Source: Eledone cirrhosa (Eukaryota). Taken from it: DNA of 64,000 nt. Position numbers and translations under genes: made by a program. The stretch lies in the NCBI GenBank assembly GCA_964016885.1, contig OZ024743.1:192014001-192078000 (forward strand), written 5' to 3'. This document shows positions 49,501 through 62,207 of the stretch, piece by piece; position 1 is the first letter of the stretch; each line of letters begins with the position of its first letter. The notes under the pieces are model-generated. The model was not told the DNA's origin. It was given only the letters and a program-made list of their open reading frames with translations, and ran no database searches.

Positions 49501-50572
49501 TTATTTGCGTCGCAGAATTCCAGGATTCTGGAGCCTTCCTCATTTCTAGTACCGAACCCATAGCCTCCATGGATTCCGTCATAGCCGTCACAATGTTGTC
49601 CAACGTGACCATTTAGGTCGCCTGCAATAACTATATAGTCACTGTCGGTTATTTGGGAGGTAGCGAGCATCAGTGTCTCGTAGAATCTGTCTTTTATAGC
49701 GCGGGGCAGTCCGGATTGGGGTGCGTACGCAGATATTACTGTCACCGTAGTTTTATTGAGGACAAGTCTTATTTTAATTATTCTGTCGTTCACTCTATTT
49801 ACGTCTATTATCTTATCTGCCCACTTTTCTGCTACCATGATTCCTACCCCACCCAACCCATTGTCATTTCCCACCCAGAAAAGCTTATAGCATCGCTCTT
49901 TACCCACGATGAATCTAGCCGACCCTCCCCTCCACCTGGTCTCTTGAATACAACAAACATCGACCTCCTTACATTCAAGCATTTCTACAACCTCGTTAGA
50001 GCAACCCTTTAAGGTGCCTACATTCATGGTACCAACTCTGAAGTTTTGGATTGCGTTTGGAGGGTGGGAGCGGTTGGGCGCGGGGGGGGGGTGGGGTTAT
50101 GTTAGCCATCCTGGGCCGAAACAAGGAGGAGTGCTTGCATTCTCGTCCACGAGGTGAATTTGGCTTTATCTTTGGCATTGTCGCTGAGCGTCCACATTTT
50201 TCTCTCTTCAACTCTCCAGAATTCCGTAGTCCATCCATCATATCGAAAAGCAACCAGTTAAGCGATAGTATGGGCCTCTGACTTATGATTGGTCCACGTA
50301 ATAATGGTGGTGCGTGGGGGCGGGAGGGAGGGATGATGGGTTGTTAGCGAGAATGTAAGGTTTAAGATAAGATCGCCGTATTTTGGGCATGATTTAACAA
50401 TAAACGAAAATACAAGATTTGTTTTGTTTAAGAAATTACGATAGAGAAAATGCGGTGATAGGGAAAATATGATTTTTAGAGAAAAGATATGATATATAAT
50501 GGTGAAAATATGATATAGTGTGAATTTAGGACATAGAAGTGATTGAATGAATGGGTTCGAATGGAGAGACAT
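46504..50572 (-). mobile_element. Near full-length RTE-clade LINE (family A)
   Basis: ~550 bp 5' region, single 1006-aa ORF, ~500 bp 3' UTR ending in (GAT)n; TA-rich flanks on both sides. Confidence 0.95.
47007..50027 (-). CDS. RTE LINE ORF: APE endonuclease + reverse transcriptase with PHD-like insertion
   Basis: APE motifs NVGTL, CIQET, SAYAP, GDLNGH, VDYIL, SQH; RT motifs [32 protein letters not shown]; uninterrupted. Confidence 0.95.
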   Translation of the reverse strand: MNVGTLKGCSNEVVEMLECKEVDVCCIQETRWRGGSARFIVGKERCYKLFWVGNDNGLGGVGIMVAEKWADKIIDVNRVNDRIIKIRLVLNKTTVTVISAYAPQSGLPRAIKDRFYETLMLATSQITDSDYIVIAGDLNGHVGQHCDGYDGIHGGYGFGTRNEEGSRILEFCDANNLTICNTNFKKRGNHLITYRSGEHTSQVDYILTRRRDRVSVVNTKSHPHEEFTSQHRLIISDLIVRTRRTRQRKRTILRRKIWKVKDPIARNKFQSKLLDAFDSKEEQLESYNIEEQWEFLRANLLTAADEVCGWSRPVGRRRVTWWWNSKVEESIKAKKQAWKVWRDGGSREDYQVARREARRQVYFARREAEERKFKHVLQREDQKREVFRIARQCVKENRDIVGEKCVLNDDGILAITDADKKVAWKCHYERLLNEENKWEKDSLPQIDPIEGPAVLVEGSIISKAIKDMKTGKAAGPSEIVAEMLKASGSVGHTMVTRIVNQVVQNGVVPKEWRSSIIVNCYKGKGDALDRSNYRGIKLIDQVMKVTEKVIAQLIRERIDLDEMQFGFVSGKSTTDALFIVRQLQEKYLAKSKPLYLAFVDLEKAFDRVPRSIIWWSLRKLGVDEWFVRAIQAMYKETVSKVRINNEYSEEFSVKVGVHQGSVLSPLLFIIALQAITEEFKTGCPWELLYADDLTLIAESMTELEKKFQTWKHGLESKGLKINLAKTKVLVCRKENKAAVPSGKWPCSVCRKGVGRNSILCPKCKVWVHKRCSGITGKLTKNIDFTCGRCSGAISSSKCPQNTSSFNCAEGSIEIVDSFRYLGDKISSGGGCSESTVARVRTGWKKFRELIPLLAARGFSLKMKGRLYDACIRTAMLHGSETWALCAEDIRRLERNEACMLRWMCNSNIRERQSINELRKKLEIRGIRCCLLERRLRWYGHVMRMKDDSCITKCRAIKIDGSHGVGRPRKTWDELINSDLTRLHLSKTMSLDRDLWRYSVIEKTRLT

Positions 50573-50584
50573 ATACATATATAT

Positions 50585-50770
50585 GAAGGATGATGCAGTA
50601 GAAGAAGACCACGGAAAACAATGGCGGAGGTGGTGAGAGCAGACCTCAGATCACTGAAGTTCACGGTGGAGATAATGAGGGATCGTGACAAGTGAAGAGA
50701 TGCTGTGCCGAATAGGACCCGTCCCACCCTTGCAAGCAGGGAAAAGCGGACGTAAAATGATGATGATGAT
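50585..50770 (+). mobile_element. RTE family C 3' fragment
   Basis: Matches the reverse complement of 32780-32960 (RPRKT.AEVVRADLRSLK), (GAT)n tail. Confidence 0.85.
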
Positions 50771-50787
50771 ATATATTTATATATATA

Positions 50788-51226
50788 TGGCTTAGTGGTT
50801 AGAGCATTGGGCTTGCAATCGAATGGTTGTGAGTTCAATTCTAGGACCAGGTGATGTGTTGTTTCCTTGAGCAAGACACTTTATTTCACATTGCTCCAGT
50901 TTACTCAGCTGTAGAAATGAGATGATAGGACTGGGGTCTCTATCATTCCACTGCAAAGTGGTCGTGGAGATGCCACAGCAAAAAAGCACCCAGCCCACAC
51001 TGTAAAGTGGACGTGTAGGCACCATGGAAAAAAAAAGCACCCAGCACTCACTGTAAATGAGGTTGGTGTTAGGAAGGGCATCCAGCTGTAGAAATCAAGC
51101 CAGAATCAGTTCACGTATGAGCAAGACAAAGTCAGCCGACCGGACACTGCCCACAACAGGACAACCTGTCTAACCCATGCTAGCATGGAAGAACGGACGT
51201 AAAACGGTGATGATGATGATGATGAT
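50788..51226 (+). mobile_element. tRNA-derived SINE with family B RTE 3' UTR and tail
   Basis: Same head as 19359; 3' half matches 30325-30590. Confidence 0.85.
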
Positions 51227-54009
51227 AATATACACACACCAATTAATGCCTCCCCAGCCAAACCATAGATGCTGAGCACCCTAGTGTTGTAATAAGGTAG
51301 TGCTGATGCCATAACGAAAATCACCTAGTTCATCCTGAAAAGTGTTAGTGTAGGAGTCACGATAAAATGCTCCCAGTACATAATGTAAAGTGGTTGCCAT
51401 TAGGAAGGACCTCCAACTATAGAAACCATGCTCCTAGCACACGTTGGCATTTGGAAGCACATCCAGTTGTAGAAACCAACCCAAAAGGGAGTGTACGAGC
51501 AGGACATAGTACTCTGACCAGTCTAGCCTCAGCACACAATTCGTCTAACCCATGCAAGCAGGGAAAATAGATGTTAAACAGTGCTGCTGCAGATGATGAT
51601 GATATGGTGTTAAGTGACTGAGAGAGCAAAAACATTCCTTAATGGAATGCAACTCAGTTGCAAAGTTAACATTGCTACTGGTACTCATTTGTTTCAAATG
51701 AATGGACTAGAGCAGCATAAAAGGAAATGCCTTGCTTAGGATATACCATGCCATCTAGTGCCAGAATGAACCCACAACCTTCCATTTGTGTGCTCAATAC
51801 CTTAACCATTAGACAATGTGCCATCACATAATATATTTATACATATAATTGATATATACATGTGGAGTAATAGAAACACTTGCCAGTATTAAAAAAGGTG
51901 CCAAAACTTATTAGTCTTGTTTGTGTAACACAAGTGAGAAAACAAAAAGTCATGACACATTCCTGTATCATAGACAATGATTTATTAATTCTTTCTGTCT
52001 TAGAAATAAGAGAAGACACATGGATATGGGTTACACTGAGATAAACAGTAATGATTTTAAGACATACTACAAATTATTAGCAACTTAGAATCAATGTTAT
52101 ATCAAAAGGATTGTTTTTCTAACCAATGTCCTTTAATCAGTATTGTATATAATGTTTGTTTTACAAAGAACAGTGCCAGATAATCACTTCTGTCTTAGAA
52201 ATATTTTAAAATGGGAAGATATATATTAAGATAATGTACATCAGAAATTATAGATTGACAGATAGAAGAAGAAAAAGATTAAAGCAGCTGCAGCAACACA
52301 TAAAGGTTGAATTAATTTTAGATGCAATATAGGCTAACTGACAGGGAGAGTAGTGATAGATTAGTAGCTGCATTCATCAAATTTAATAGAACATTTTCTC
52401 TGACTTAAGCAACATTATCCACAAAAGTAATATCAACTAGGTATAACTAATAATAAAAATTGATTACTAATTTTGGCACAAGGCCAGCAATTTCGACCCC
52501 AGTACTAAACTAATACTTTATTTTGTCGACTCTGGAAGGATGGTAGGCAAAGTTAACCTTGGCCTTTCATACTTCCAGTCATTAAAATAAAATACCTGTT
52601 AAGTACTGGGTTGATATAATCAACTTGACCCTTCCCCAACAAAATGTTTGCCCTGGAGTATGTTTAAAACAATTAATGATAAAAATTATAACTTCACTTC
52701 AAATTGAATGGCGTAATCTATTAGGTGTATATAAACAAACTTACATTTGCTATGAACACAATTTTAGGTTAATTTCCACGTTTTTATTATTATTTAATCC
52801 CCTAAATTAGTCCACACTTAGCAGATCGATTATCAAGGGCATTCTAACTATGCCCATCATGCCCTTCTCTTGAGTATTTTGTGTCTAGGACTTTTTTTTA
52901 ACTTAAGGTTTTAAACCCAAATATTATACAGAAATACTAAATATGTTTTCATATAACTTTCTGTTTTATATCCAGTTTTCCTTGATAATAAATATGTGAG
53001 ATGGTGTTTCAAATTTACACATTTGGTTTTAACAGCCAGATGTCTATCCTACTAATAGGACATTTAGTGAGAGATTGATGTGGAAGCTTGTTCACCCAAG
53101 CAAGCTGAAGACAACAGAATTATACAATTTGTTTTCTAGGCACAAAAACAATAGCTGTAGTAAAGTTTGAACTCACAGTTACATTGTTTGTACCTTTGCA
53201 CCTTAATCCTAAAACATTTTTACTTCTTATATACAATACAGAAAAACACTGATAAGGCCTTCATAGATATTTTAGTACAATTTCAATCAAGGCCTCATTC
53301 ACAAATAGCAAATACAGCTTTCAGGATAATTCAAACAGTTCATAGTTTTAAAATGTACGCTTCCATTTTTGGACAAACTAGAGATATAAATCAGATGACA
53401 CTGAATATGATTCCAATAAACGACTTTGACCCACACTTACTTCAAGACACTCTAATGGTAGTAATTATTAGTCAGTTGTGAAATATAATTTTTAAGTAAG
53501 ACAGAGTATCTCTAGAATTTATATTACCTGTTCTTGACTGCCTCAATAATCATTTTAAAGGAGGGCTGATAGATCCAACATGTTATTTGTTCAAATAGTA
53601 ATAAATAATCTTCACTATAATGACAGGAATAATAGCAATAACTCTTTTACACTGCAAACAATGACACTGTGAAATTAAGCCATCAAGTAGTAGACAGCTT
53701 ATAATTAAGTATCACAGAGCCTCAATTCATCACTGTTATTTTGCATTAGTCTTCTCTGTTCTTTCTAGAGCCTCTTAAAATATCCCAAATAAACAAAAAG
53801 CTTACATAGTTAACATGAGAAAGGATAAAAAAATTGTCTATGAAGATATAGGGCCAAAATAAAGAATACATACAAAAACAAAATGATTCTATAATGATAA
53901 GAAATACAATATATGTATTAAAAAAAAATTTGCTTTTTAGAAATACAATGCATTGCTGAAACCACATCAATTTCTTTAAATAGAAACATACAACCGTATG
54001 AAAACTTAC

Positions 54010-54176
54010 ATGTCTGACCAACCATGTTCTCCCATAATCTGAGCAGCTTTAAGGTATTCTGAAGCTGCCATGTACATTTCAGCTGCAACTTTTGGTTCAT
54101 TGCTGTTCTTGGCCCAGTCTGCTTGTTTGCTGATTAGTTGACGTTCATCTGAAGCAGCACCAGACCCAATAAATTC
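54010..54176 (-). CDS. IFT122: IFT122 coding exon
   Basis: ctag|GAA...GAC AT|gtaagt; EFIGSGAASDERQLISKQADWAKNSNEPKVAAEMYMAASEYLKAAQIMGEHGWSD; 167 bp; not represented in frame in the ORF track. Confidence 0.95.
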
Positions 54177-54559
54177 CTAGTCATAGCAAAAAATTAAAAA
54201 AGGACATTATACTACATTCTAGAAAGTAAACAATATATATAAAGGAAGGTATAAACCTGACTGTGTGCCTAACAATTTTGGCTTGTATATGGCATAGCGG
54301 TCAAATATATATATCCCTTTATACTCAACCTGCTCCTTCCCATGCATAGAGTACTACCCCGATTTGTGATCTCCCTGGTCTCAGCACCACAGACTTTATA
54401 TACATATGATGGCTACATCGCAATTTCAAGAATTGCCATGACCTGATCCCCCACTAACATATGAGTGGCACAAAAATGACTCTTTAGCCTTGCCAAGGAT
54501 TTACATTCCTTTTTGCATATGCTTCAGTGATGAACATTGGTTCGCTATTTTGTTTTGAT

Positions 54560-55035
54560 GAGTTTTCAAATGACGTTGGGGTCCACCAGCCAAGGCACAT
54601 TGTTTTCTACACTTCTGACAAGAAGAAATGCCAAAGAGACCATAATCGGCAACATTTTGTACATGGCTTTTATGAGACTTTTAAGACCAGCTTTACTGAG
54701 ACAAATCTGGCCACACTCATTGCACATGAAGTTACTTTGGGCATCTGAAAATCTAGGTAAAGTAATATCATGTAGACCCTTACGCAGACCCCTTTTTAAT
54801 TTTTCATGTTTCACACAAGATTTTTCAACTTCCTGTTTTCCATTAAACACTGTTTTCCTCCTAGATGATCAATCTAAAGCAATGTCTTCCCAGATACATT
54901 CTCTTGTTTTTGACTTTATCAAAACTCTTTTGGTGCAGTCTTTATACCTAACTTTTGGTTTATGCCTTGGTTGTTTGCCTTTCAGTAATTCCCCGTACAG
55001 TAACTGCTTAGGAATATGAAGATCTGAGATTCTTA
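54560..55035 (-). mobile_element. 3' fragment of a family D-like RTE LINE
   Basis: Reverse strand gives IPKQLLYGELLKGK...KPK and CNECGQICLSKAGLKS. Confidence 0.75.
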
Positions 55036-57777
55036 CATGTATTATCACTGTTAGCCAAGGTTGGATGGGTCATCACAGAGTGTGACTATACTTAATGGGA
55101 GCCAATGACCTCTCAGATGCACTGGGTCTGCATCTCCTTACATATCTTCACACATTTTACAGAGTTCATTTTATAATGGCCACCAGTACTAGAGAGGCTG
55201 TTGCACTCTTGACTCAACTGAAGATTCCTTTCAACTCATTTTTTGTTATGGTTTTTACAGCTAGATGCTCTTCCTATCACTAACCACCTTACATGGAGTA
55301 CTGAATGTATTTTTTATTGTACCAGCAATAAAGACGTCATTGTGTCATGACCAAAAGGTTCTCGCAGCCCTTTTTGCATGGTTTCTATGGTTAGAAGTGC
55401 TTCCTAACACCAATGACCTGAGCACATTTTATTGTGGCAGTATAAAAAGCAAGAGTTGTTAAAAGGATATAATAACTCCTTGGAGTCAATGGTCAACTAA
55501 GTGTTAAATAGTCTCACCAACCCACAACTGGCCAAGCATGGTGAGTACAGCTACACCCCTGACATAACCAAAATCAAATAGAAATTGGAGGAGGTCAACC
55601 AGGGGAGGGGTTCCTCCAACAGGAGTAAAAAGGCCCTGGATTGGATTGGACTCTTACTATTCTCCATACACACATGTTCTGCACCTCTTAAGTACCATAT
55701 TCTAAACAACTTGAAGAGAACCTCAACTTTCGCTGTGTTTAATCTTTGTAATTAAAGATTTCTTCACTGTATGAATCTAATACCATTATCTCTTTCTTTA
55801 GTTGACAATATAGTTATATTTTGAAAACAGCATAAATATTTATGGTATGCGTAACTTGGACCAGGGTAAGATTAAGTCCTTTTAAAGCCCAAAGCATTGA
55901 AAAGAGTATGATCCCCACAACCCATACACAAAGTCTGCAATTTCTTAATGACAAATATATTTAATTTAAATAAGATGGTGCTCCTCGACCCTTGATGTCC
56001 TAAGCATATGCTTATTTAGCCTAATGGTTAACCCAGCCCTGATTTGGACTGATCACTGCTTGTTTTAGTGACCTTGTTTACTACCTTTTCTCATGAGCTC
56101 ATATTTCTCACTTTTCCTTGTATAGCTACTCCGAATTACATATTGTGTCATTTCAAATATACATACAAGCTTACTTTCACTGCTGACACACTATGGGTGC
56201 ATATGTGTGTTAACAAATTTTATTTTTCCAGTATGTTTTTTTTTTATATTTGAGTGTTGTAAGTTCAATACAGTACAATTATATTAACAAAGAATTCAAT
56301 AATTGCATTAACAATTCTAATTACAACCAAACATTTTATATATATATATATATATAAATGTTATTCTAATTAAGCATTTACTTTATTAATAAAGTATTTT
56401 AACAACTTAGGATTCATAACACTAATGGTGTTAGATGTGTTGATATATATTCACATGAAATTGATTAAATAAAAACATTGAGTAAAAGTAAAGTGATGAA
56501 AATAATCTGGTGGAGGTTTTCATAGTTTAAAATCACAACTTATGTTTATTTGCTTAATTAAACAATACTTGTCCTTCCTCATAGCGGAGCCATCCAGTTC
56601 CGGACTCCAAAACTATTGGTTCTACTGTACAGTGCCATCCAGTTCTAAGCTCCAAAAATATTGGTTCTGCTGTGAGATGAGTTCGGCATGACCAACTAGT
56701 CTGTCCCTCTTCATAATGGTGCCATTCAAGGCCACACTGTAAATGTGGTTGGTGTTAGGAAAGGCATTCAGCTTTAAATTCCTCGGCCAAATTTACAGTT
56801 CTGTCGGAGCAAGGTACAGCATGGCCAATTCTGGCCAGACTTGTCTCTTGACTTAGACGATTATCTAACCCATGCAAGCATGGAAAATATACACTAAACG
56901 GTGATGGTGATGATGATGATGATGATGATCTTGTCATAACACCCAGATTTAGACAATTTGAAAGTTAAATGGTTAAAGTAAAATTGTATTCTATGTCTAA
57001 CTGATGTTTCCAAAATAATTCTTCAACATAATAATTACATTATAACTGATAAATGACACTTTTATGATTACGTTTCTATTATGGCATAAGAGAGATGCTT
57101 CATTTTATAAATTTGGACAAGTAGGTCTCCTAAGAACCAGATATCCTTCCTAAATCTAACTATTCAAACATTAAATGAGATAAGGCAATTAGAGCAATAT
57201 ATCACACCTAGGGAAGAGAAAAATGGTTAGAGCAAGATTTAAATTGATGATAATTTAGTTAGAAATGCATCACATTAACTTTGCATCAAACAATAATCAT
57301 TGAACTAAAATATGATCATCATCATCTTTTTTATGTCCACTTTTAAATGCTAACCTGAGTTGGACAAGACATTCTGAGGCAGATTTTTTTCTACAGTCAG
57401 ATGCCCTTCCTGATGATAATTCAAACTTTATTTTTAAGTATGTTCATCATCATCATCACCATTTAGTGTCCATTTTGCCATGCTTGCATGGGTTAGATGG
57501 GTCGTCCATATAGGGAGACAAATCTGGCCAGAGTCGGCCACACCATACCTTGCTCCGACAAGGACTGTAAATTTGGCCGGTGATTTTACAGCTGGATGCC
57601 CTTCCTAACACCAACCACATTTACAGTATGAATGAAAAACAATGTGTGAATGGAAAAGATGAATGGAAATAATAAAACAAACACATTTCACCAGCAAGAG
57701 ACTTCAATAAGGATTTTTATTTTAATGTTTCATTTAACAAACAAAATATACAATAAAACATTAGTGGAAAAAATTAC

Positions 57778-57939
57778 CTTAGCATAATCAAACATTCGAA
57801 GATCTGAATACATAGACATTGCTCTATGTTCTTGTCCTGCTTTCTTATAAAGTTTGGCTGCATCTTGAAATTTTCCTTTATGAGCATAGATATCTGCAAG
57901 GAATACAAGATTATCTGTTTCGCCACATTTCCTTCGATC
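57778..57939 (-). CDS. IFT122: IFT122 coding exon
   Basis: ttacag|GAT...AAG|gtaatt; DRRKCGETDNLVFLADIYAHKGKFQDAAKLYKKAGQEHRAMSMYSDLRMFDYAK; 162 bp. Confidence 0.95.
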
Positions 57940-58210
57940 CTGTAAGGTATGAATGTATGAATGTGTCATTAAATATATGTGCAGGAATGTATGTGTATGT
58001 GTATGAAAGCATGTATGAGTACATGTGTGAATGCATATATGTGTGATTACAGGTATGTGTATAAATGCATGTATAACTACATTTATGTTTATTTATGCAA
58101 TTCTGTGCAATAATACACGACAATATTTATGTATGAATGTATGTATGCATGACTATATGTATGTCTATGAATCTATATATGTGTGACAACATGTATGTAA
58201 ATAAATACAT

Positions 58211-58562
58211 GTATATGTGACTACATATGTGAAGGTGTATGGCTTAGTGGTTAGAACATTGGGCTTGCAATCATAAGGTTGAGTTCGATTCTCGGACCAG
58301 GTGATGCGTTGTGTCCTTGAGCAAGACACTTTATTTTATGTTGCTCCAGTTTACTCAGCTGTAGAAATGAGTTGTGACGTCCCTGGTGCCAAGCTGTGTC
58401 GGCCATAGCCTTTCCCTTCGATATCATCGCTGACGTGGAGAGGGGAAGTTGGTATGCATGGGTGACTGATGGTCTTCAACAAACAACCTTGCCCAGACTT
58501 GTGCCTTGGAGGGAAACTTTTCTAGGTGCAAATGCCATGGTCATTTGTGACCGAATGGGGAC
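58211..58562 (+). mobile_element. tRNA-derived SINE (same head, different 3' body); truncated head also at ~8243-8336
   Basis: tggcttagtggttag..gagttcgattc..gtccttgagcaagacact. Confidence 0.8.
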
Positions 58563-59917
58563 TTCTCTCTCTCTCTCTCTCATGGGACTACCTGTAAGCA
58601 TAACTATATGTATGTATATGAATGCTTGTATGTGTATGTATGAATGCATGTATCTGTATATATGCATGCATGTATCTGTATGACTACATGCATGTGTAAC
58701 GTGTATGTGCATCTCACTAACATACGATTCTGCACTCTATCAAGTGCATTTTATCATGCATCAGCACTAGGGCGGTTGTCAAGCCTTTTACACAGCTGAA
58801 GAGTCCTCCAGACCGTTTGTAAACATGTAAATATAATTGTTTCTACTTTTGGCACAAGGCCAGCAATTACCCCAGTACTTTACTGGTACTTTATTTTATC
58901 GACTCCGTAAGGATGAAAGGCAAAGCTAACCTCGGCTGGATTTGAACTCAGACCGTAATGGGCCGTAACTCTATGCTGCAAAGCATGGCGTCCGACCCTC
59001 TACCGATACTGCAAATCCACCAAACATGTAAATATAATGAAAAGAAAAGAAGCAGCTAGAAATTTGGTAATACGTGAATTGCACCCTTCTAATTCAAGTG
59101 TGTAATAAACCACACTACAGTATATGACTTAAGGTCTATCAAAGACATAAAAGTAAGAAAAGAAACTATAAATCTTTTAAAACAAAGAGAAACAAGACGT
59201 TTGTAATTATCATTTCATATCTTTAAAAAATCAGTTTGACAGACAAGTCACAAATTTACATAAGTTTAACGTAACTGAGGAAATCACTTTAGAATAACAT
59301 TCACATTTGAAGAGTTTCATGAAAGTTTTTATGGAAAAATTTTTAAATCAACAACATTATATTATATTTTATTCTTATATTGGCAGTATCGGTAGAGGGT
59401 CGGATGCCATGCTTTGACGTATAGAGTTGCCATTCTGAGTTCAAATCCCGCCGAGGTTAACTTTGCCTTTCATCCTTACGGAGTCGATAAAATAAAGTAC
59501 CAGTAATACATTGAGATAATTGCTGGCCTTGTGCCAAAAGTAGAAATAATTATAATTATTATTATAACCTTTTTACATGGCCAAAACCCACTTTGTATCG
59601 TCCTGTAGCATTCTGTGCCGTCTGTAATGTTTTTCTTCGTATTAGCCCTTGTGGCCAATAAAGAAACCATTATTTGCCTTTCATCCTTCCGGGGTCGATA
59701 GAATAAAGTACCAGTAATGCATTGGGTAATTGCTGGCCTTGTGCCAAAAGTAGAAACCACCACCACTACCACCATCACCATCACCACCATCACCATCACC
59801 ATCATCATCATCATTATTATTATTATTATTATTATTAAAAAAATAAAAGAAATCATTATATCACAATATATTGCATTTAAAGAAACTTTGAGTAAACAAT
59901 ATAACTGAAATATCAAC

Positions 59918-60071
59918 CTCAATGTTTTGAATTAATTCCAAATAAGAGTAATTCTGGGAATGTATAAATGCTTTCTTTGCAGTCACCAAATCTAAGGCTT
60001 CAAGTGATTGCTGTCCAAGAACATCCCAATCTGTATCAGTGACGCCAAGGCAAGCAATGTTACATGCTTCT
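59918..60071 (-). CDS. IFT122: IFT122 coding exon
   Basis: aatag|A GAA...GAG|gttgat; [51 protein letters not shown] (IFT122 '[11 protein letters not shown]'); 154 bp, phase compatible. Confidence 0.95.
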
Positions 60072-60291
60072 CTATTAAAAGTAAAAAGAAAAAGAATAAA
60101 TTTAAAAAAAAAAGCATTTAAAACCCTTTCACTACTATATTTCAAATAGAATAAACTATTTGAATTAATCATTGAAGAATTTGAAGGGATTTACTAAAAT
60201 TATCAATTATTCAATTATTATGATGCCATTTGTAATATAACTTTAAAAAAAGTAAAATTATGCTGGAAGGTTTTGATTTAAACAGAAACCC

Positions 60292-60488
60292 TTTAATCCT
60301 TTAGCATTTACTATTATATGTTCATAGTAACAGCTTTATCTTACATAATTATCTCACATAATATCAATTCTATGAGATTTTGATATTATTAATATACCTG
60401 AACATCAGTATGAGTGGCCAGTTACAGCCGGTTTGGACAGAAAAGGTGAGAGAATTCTGGCTGGATACGCTAAATGCTAAAGGGTTAA
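60292..60488. mobile_element. piggyBac-type MITE (related copy at ~21365-21570)
   Basis: TTAA-tcctttagcattt ... aaatgctaaaggg-TTAA terminal inverted repeats; internal sequence shared between the two copies. Confidence 0.7.
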
Positions 60489-60605
60489 AGTGAATGGTTT
60501 TGTTTCATAGAACCAGAGTCAGTTTTAAACAAGTTGGTATCAAAAGGGTTAAATAGTTCAAATAAACTGTATATTCAAATAATTATCAAGATGAATATTT
60601 AAAAT

Positions 60606-60618
60606 ATGTGTATGTGTA

Positions 60619-60707
<89 letters not shown>

Positions 60708-60717
60708 GTGTGTGCGT
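60606..60717. repeat. (TG)n microsatellite; many other (TA)n, (CA)n and (CAT)n tracts occur throughout
   Basis: Direct inspection. Confidence 0.95.
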
Positions 60718-62088
60718 GTCTGTCTGCTTAGGAGCTGCATGTGTGTCATTTTCATCATTGTTATAACTGCAAGTTAACAACGAAGTCAACATACGTTCAA
60801 TCCATTTGTTAAAAGTAGGAACCAAATTTTCCTCAAGTTACATTTTATCATCTTAATATATAGAAAAAATATTAGATAATATAATTATAGTTACAAAATA
60901 TCTGGAAAAAATAAGACAGTCATATGCCTTTGACTATAAATCTATACAATAAAACCAGACCTGGAACTAAGCAACCTTACCATGATTTTTATCATCATCT
61001 CAACAATCATCCTTATCAAAATGTCTATAGTTTTATTTCCATAAACTATTTTTTAATGTATTGAGTTTTATAATATTGTTCAGTTAAACTCACAGGATAA
61101 CAACCATTCATTGGATTTTGTTTCAGCATGCTTTTCTCTCCAATGAGAGAGAGAGAGAGGTAGAAAGACAGAGAGCTCCAGACTAAAGCAGATATCTGGA
61201 TATAAAATTCAATAAAACTTATGACTCAGCTTCAATAGAATAATGGATTGGTAGTTAAGTTGTGTAGTCTGCTTTCTATCCTTCACTTTCCTTGTTCCGT
61301 GTTAAGAATTACTGATTATCTAGTATGATTGTCTCAGAACTACAATGGTGTTCTTATCTACCTAGTAATTACAACTGATATTCACTAACTCCAATTTTGT
61401 GTGCAAGTTTAACACTGTATATACTGAATATCTCCAAACTATTATATACGCCAATTCCAAGCAAAACAGCATTATGTATGAAAGGCAATGAGGGTAATAT
61501 GTTACTGCAGGCATTGCATTCTTTTCTTGAGAATGCACAATTCCTCTGATTGTTCTAGAGCACCTAATTGATAAATCAATCCTATTCTCAATTCATGATA
61601 GAAAAAATGGAATTAGAAAGGGCATATATTCAAAGGCATGCAAATAAATATGCATAAATGAATATATATTACATTCTAGAAAATTCTATAGTTGATTCTT
61701 TTCAGGAATATTTTATGAACACTAAGTACTTCAAATTCAAACCATTTATAAGAGTCACAATGGCTACTACATTTCTTATATCAAATAGCTTTATAATCTA
61801 AACATTTTCTTCTTTAATAGCTAAACTCTTAACATTCTGCAATAATTTAATAGAAAATATCTAAAAATATCTATGTTAATTCAGGTATTTATAGTCTTTA
61901 ATGGTGGACAGATCATTGGGAAAATTTATAGTATTACAGTAAAGATTTTAATCTTTAACATGAGGCATAGTGTGGCTTTGCACTATTTTTCAAAAATATT
62001 GTTGATTCAGTTTCATGTAGAACAGAAAATTAAGAGGTAAATACATTGTGCAATCAAAGCCAAAGTTCAAGGAAGGCATATAACTTAC

Positions 62089-62207
62089 AAATAAAGCTTC
62101 TTTTCCATATACTGGTACATAGGTGCTGACAGAGGAACATCTATTGTTGTTATTGTATTCATTTTAAGGGTGAAGATTCTTGAACCAGAAAAACCAACAA
62201 CAAATCC
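62089..62207 (-). CDS. IFT122: IFT122 coding exon (first in window)
   Basis: ttttttag|GGA...TT|gtaagt; translates GFVVGFSGSRIFTLKMNTITTIDVPLSAPMYQYMEKKLY, matching remembered IFT122 'GFVVGYNGSKIFCL...VPQSAPMYQYL'; 119 bp, ends in phase 2. Confidence 0.93.
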
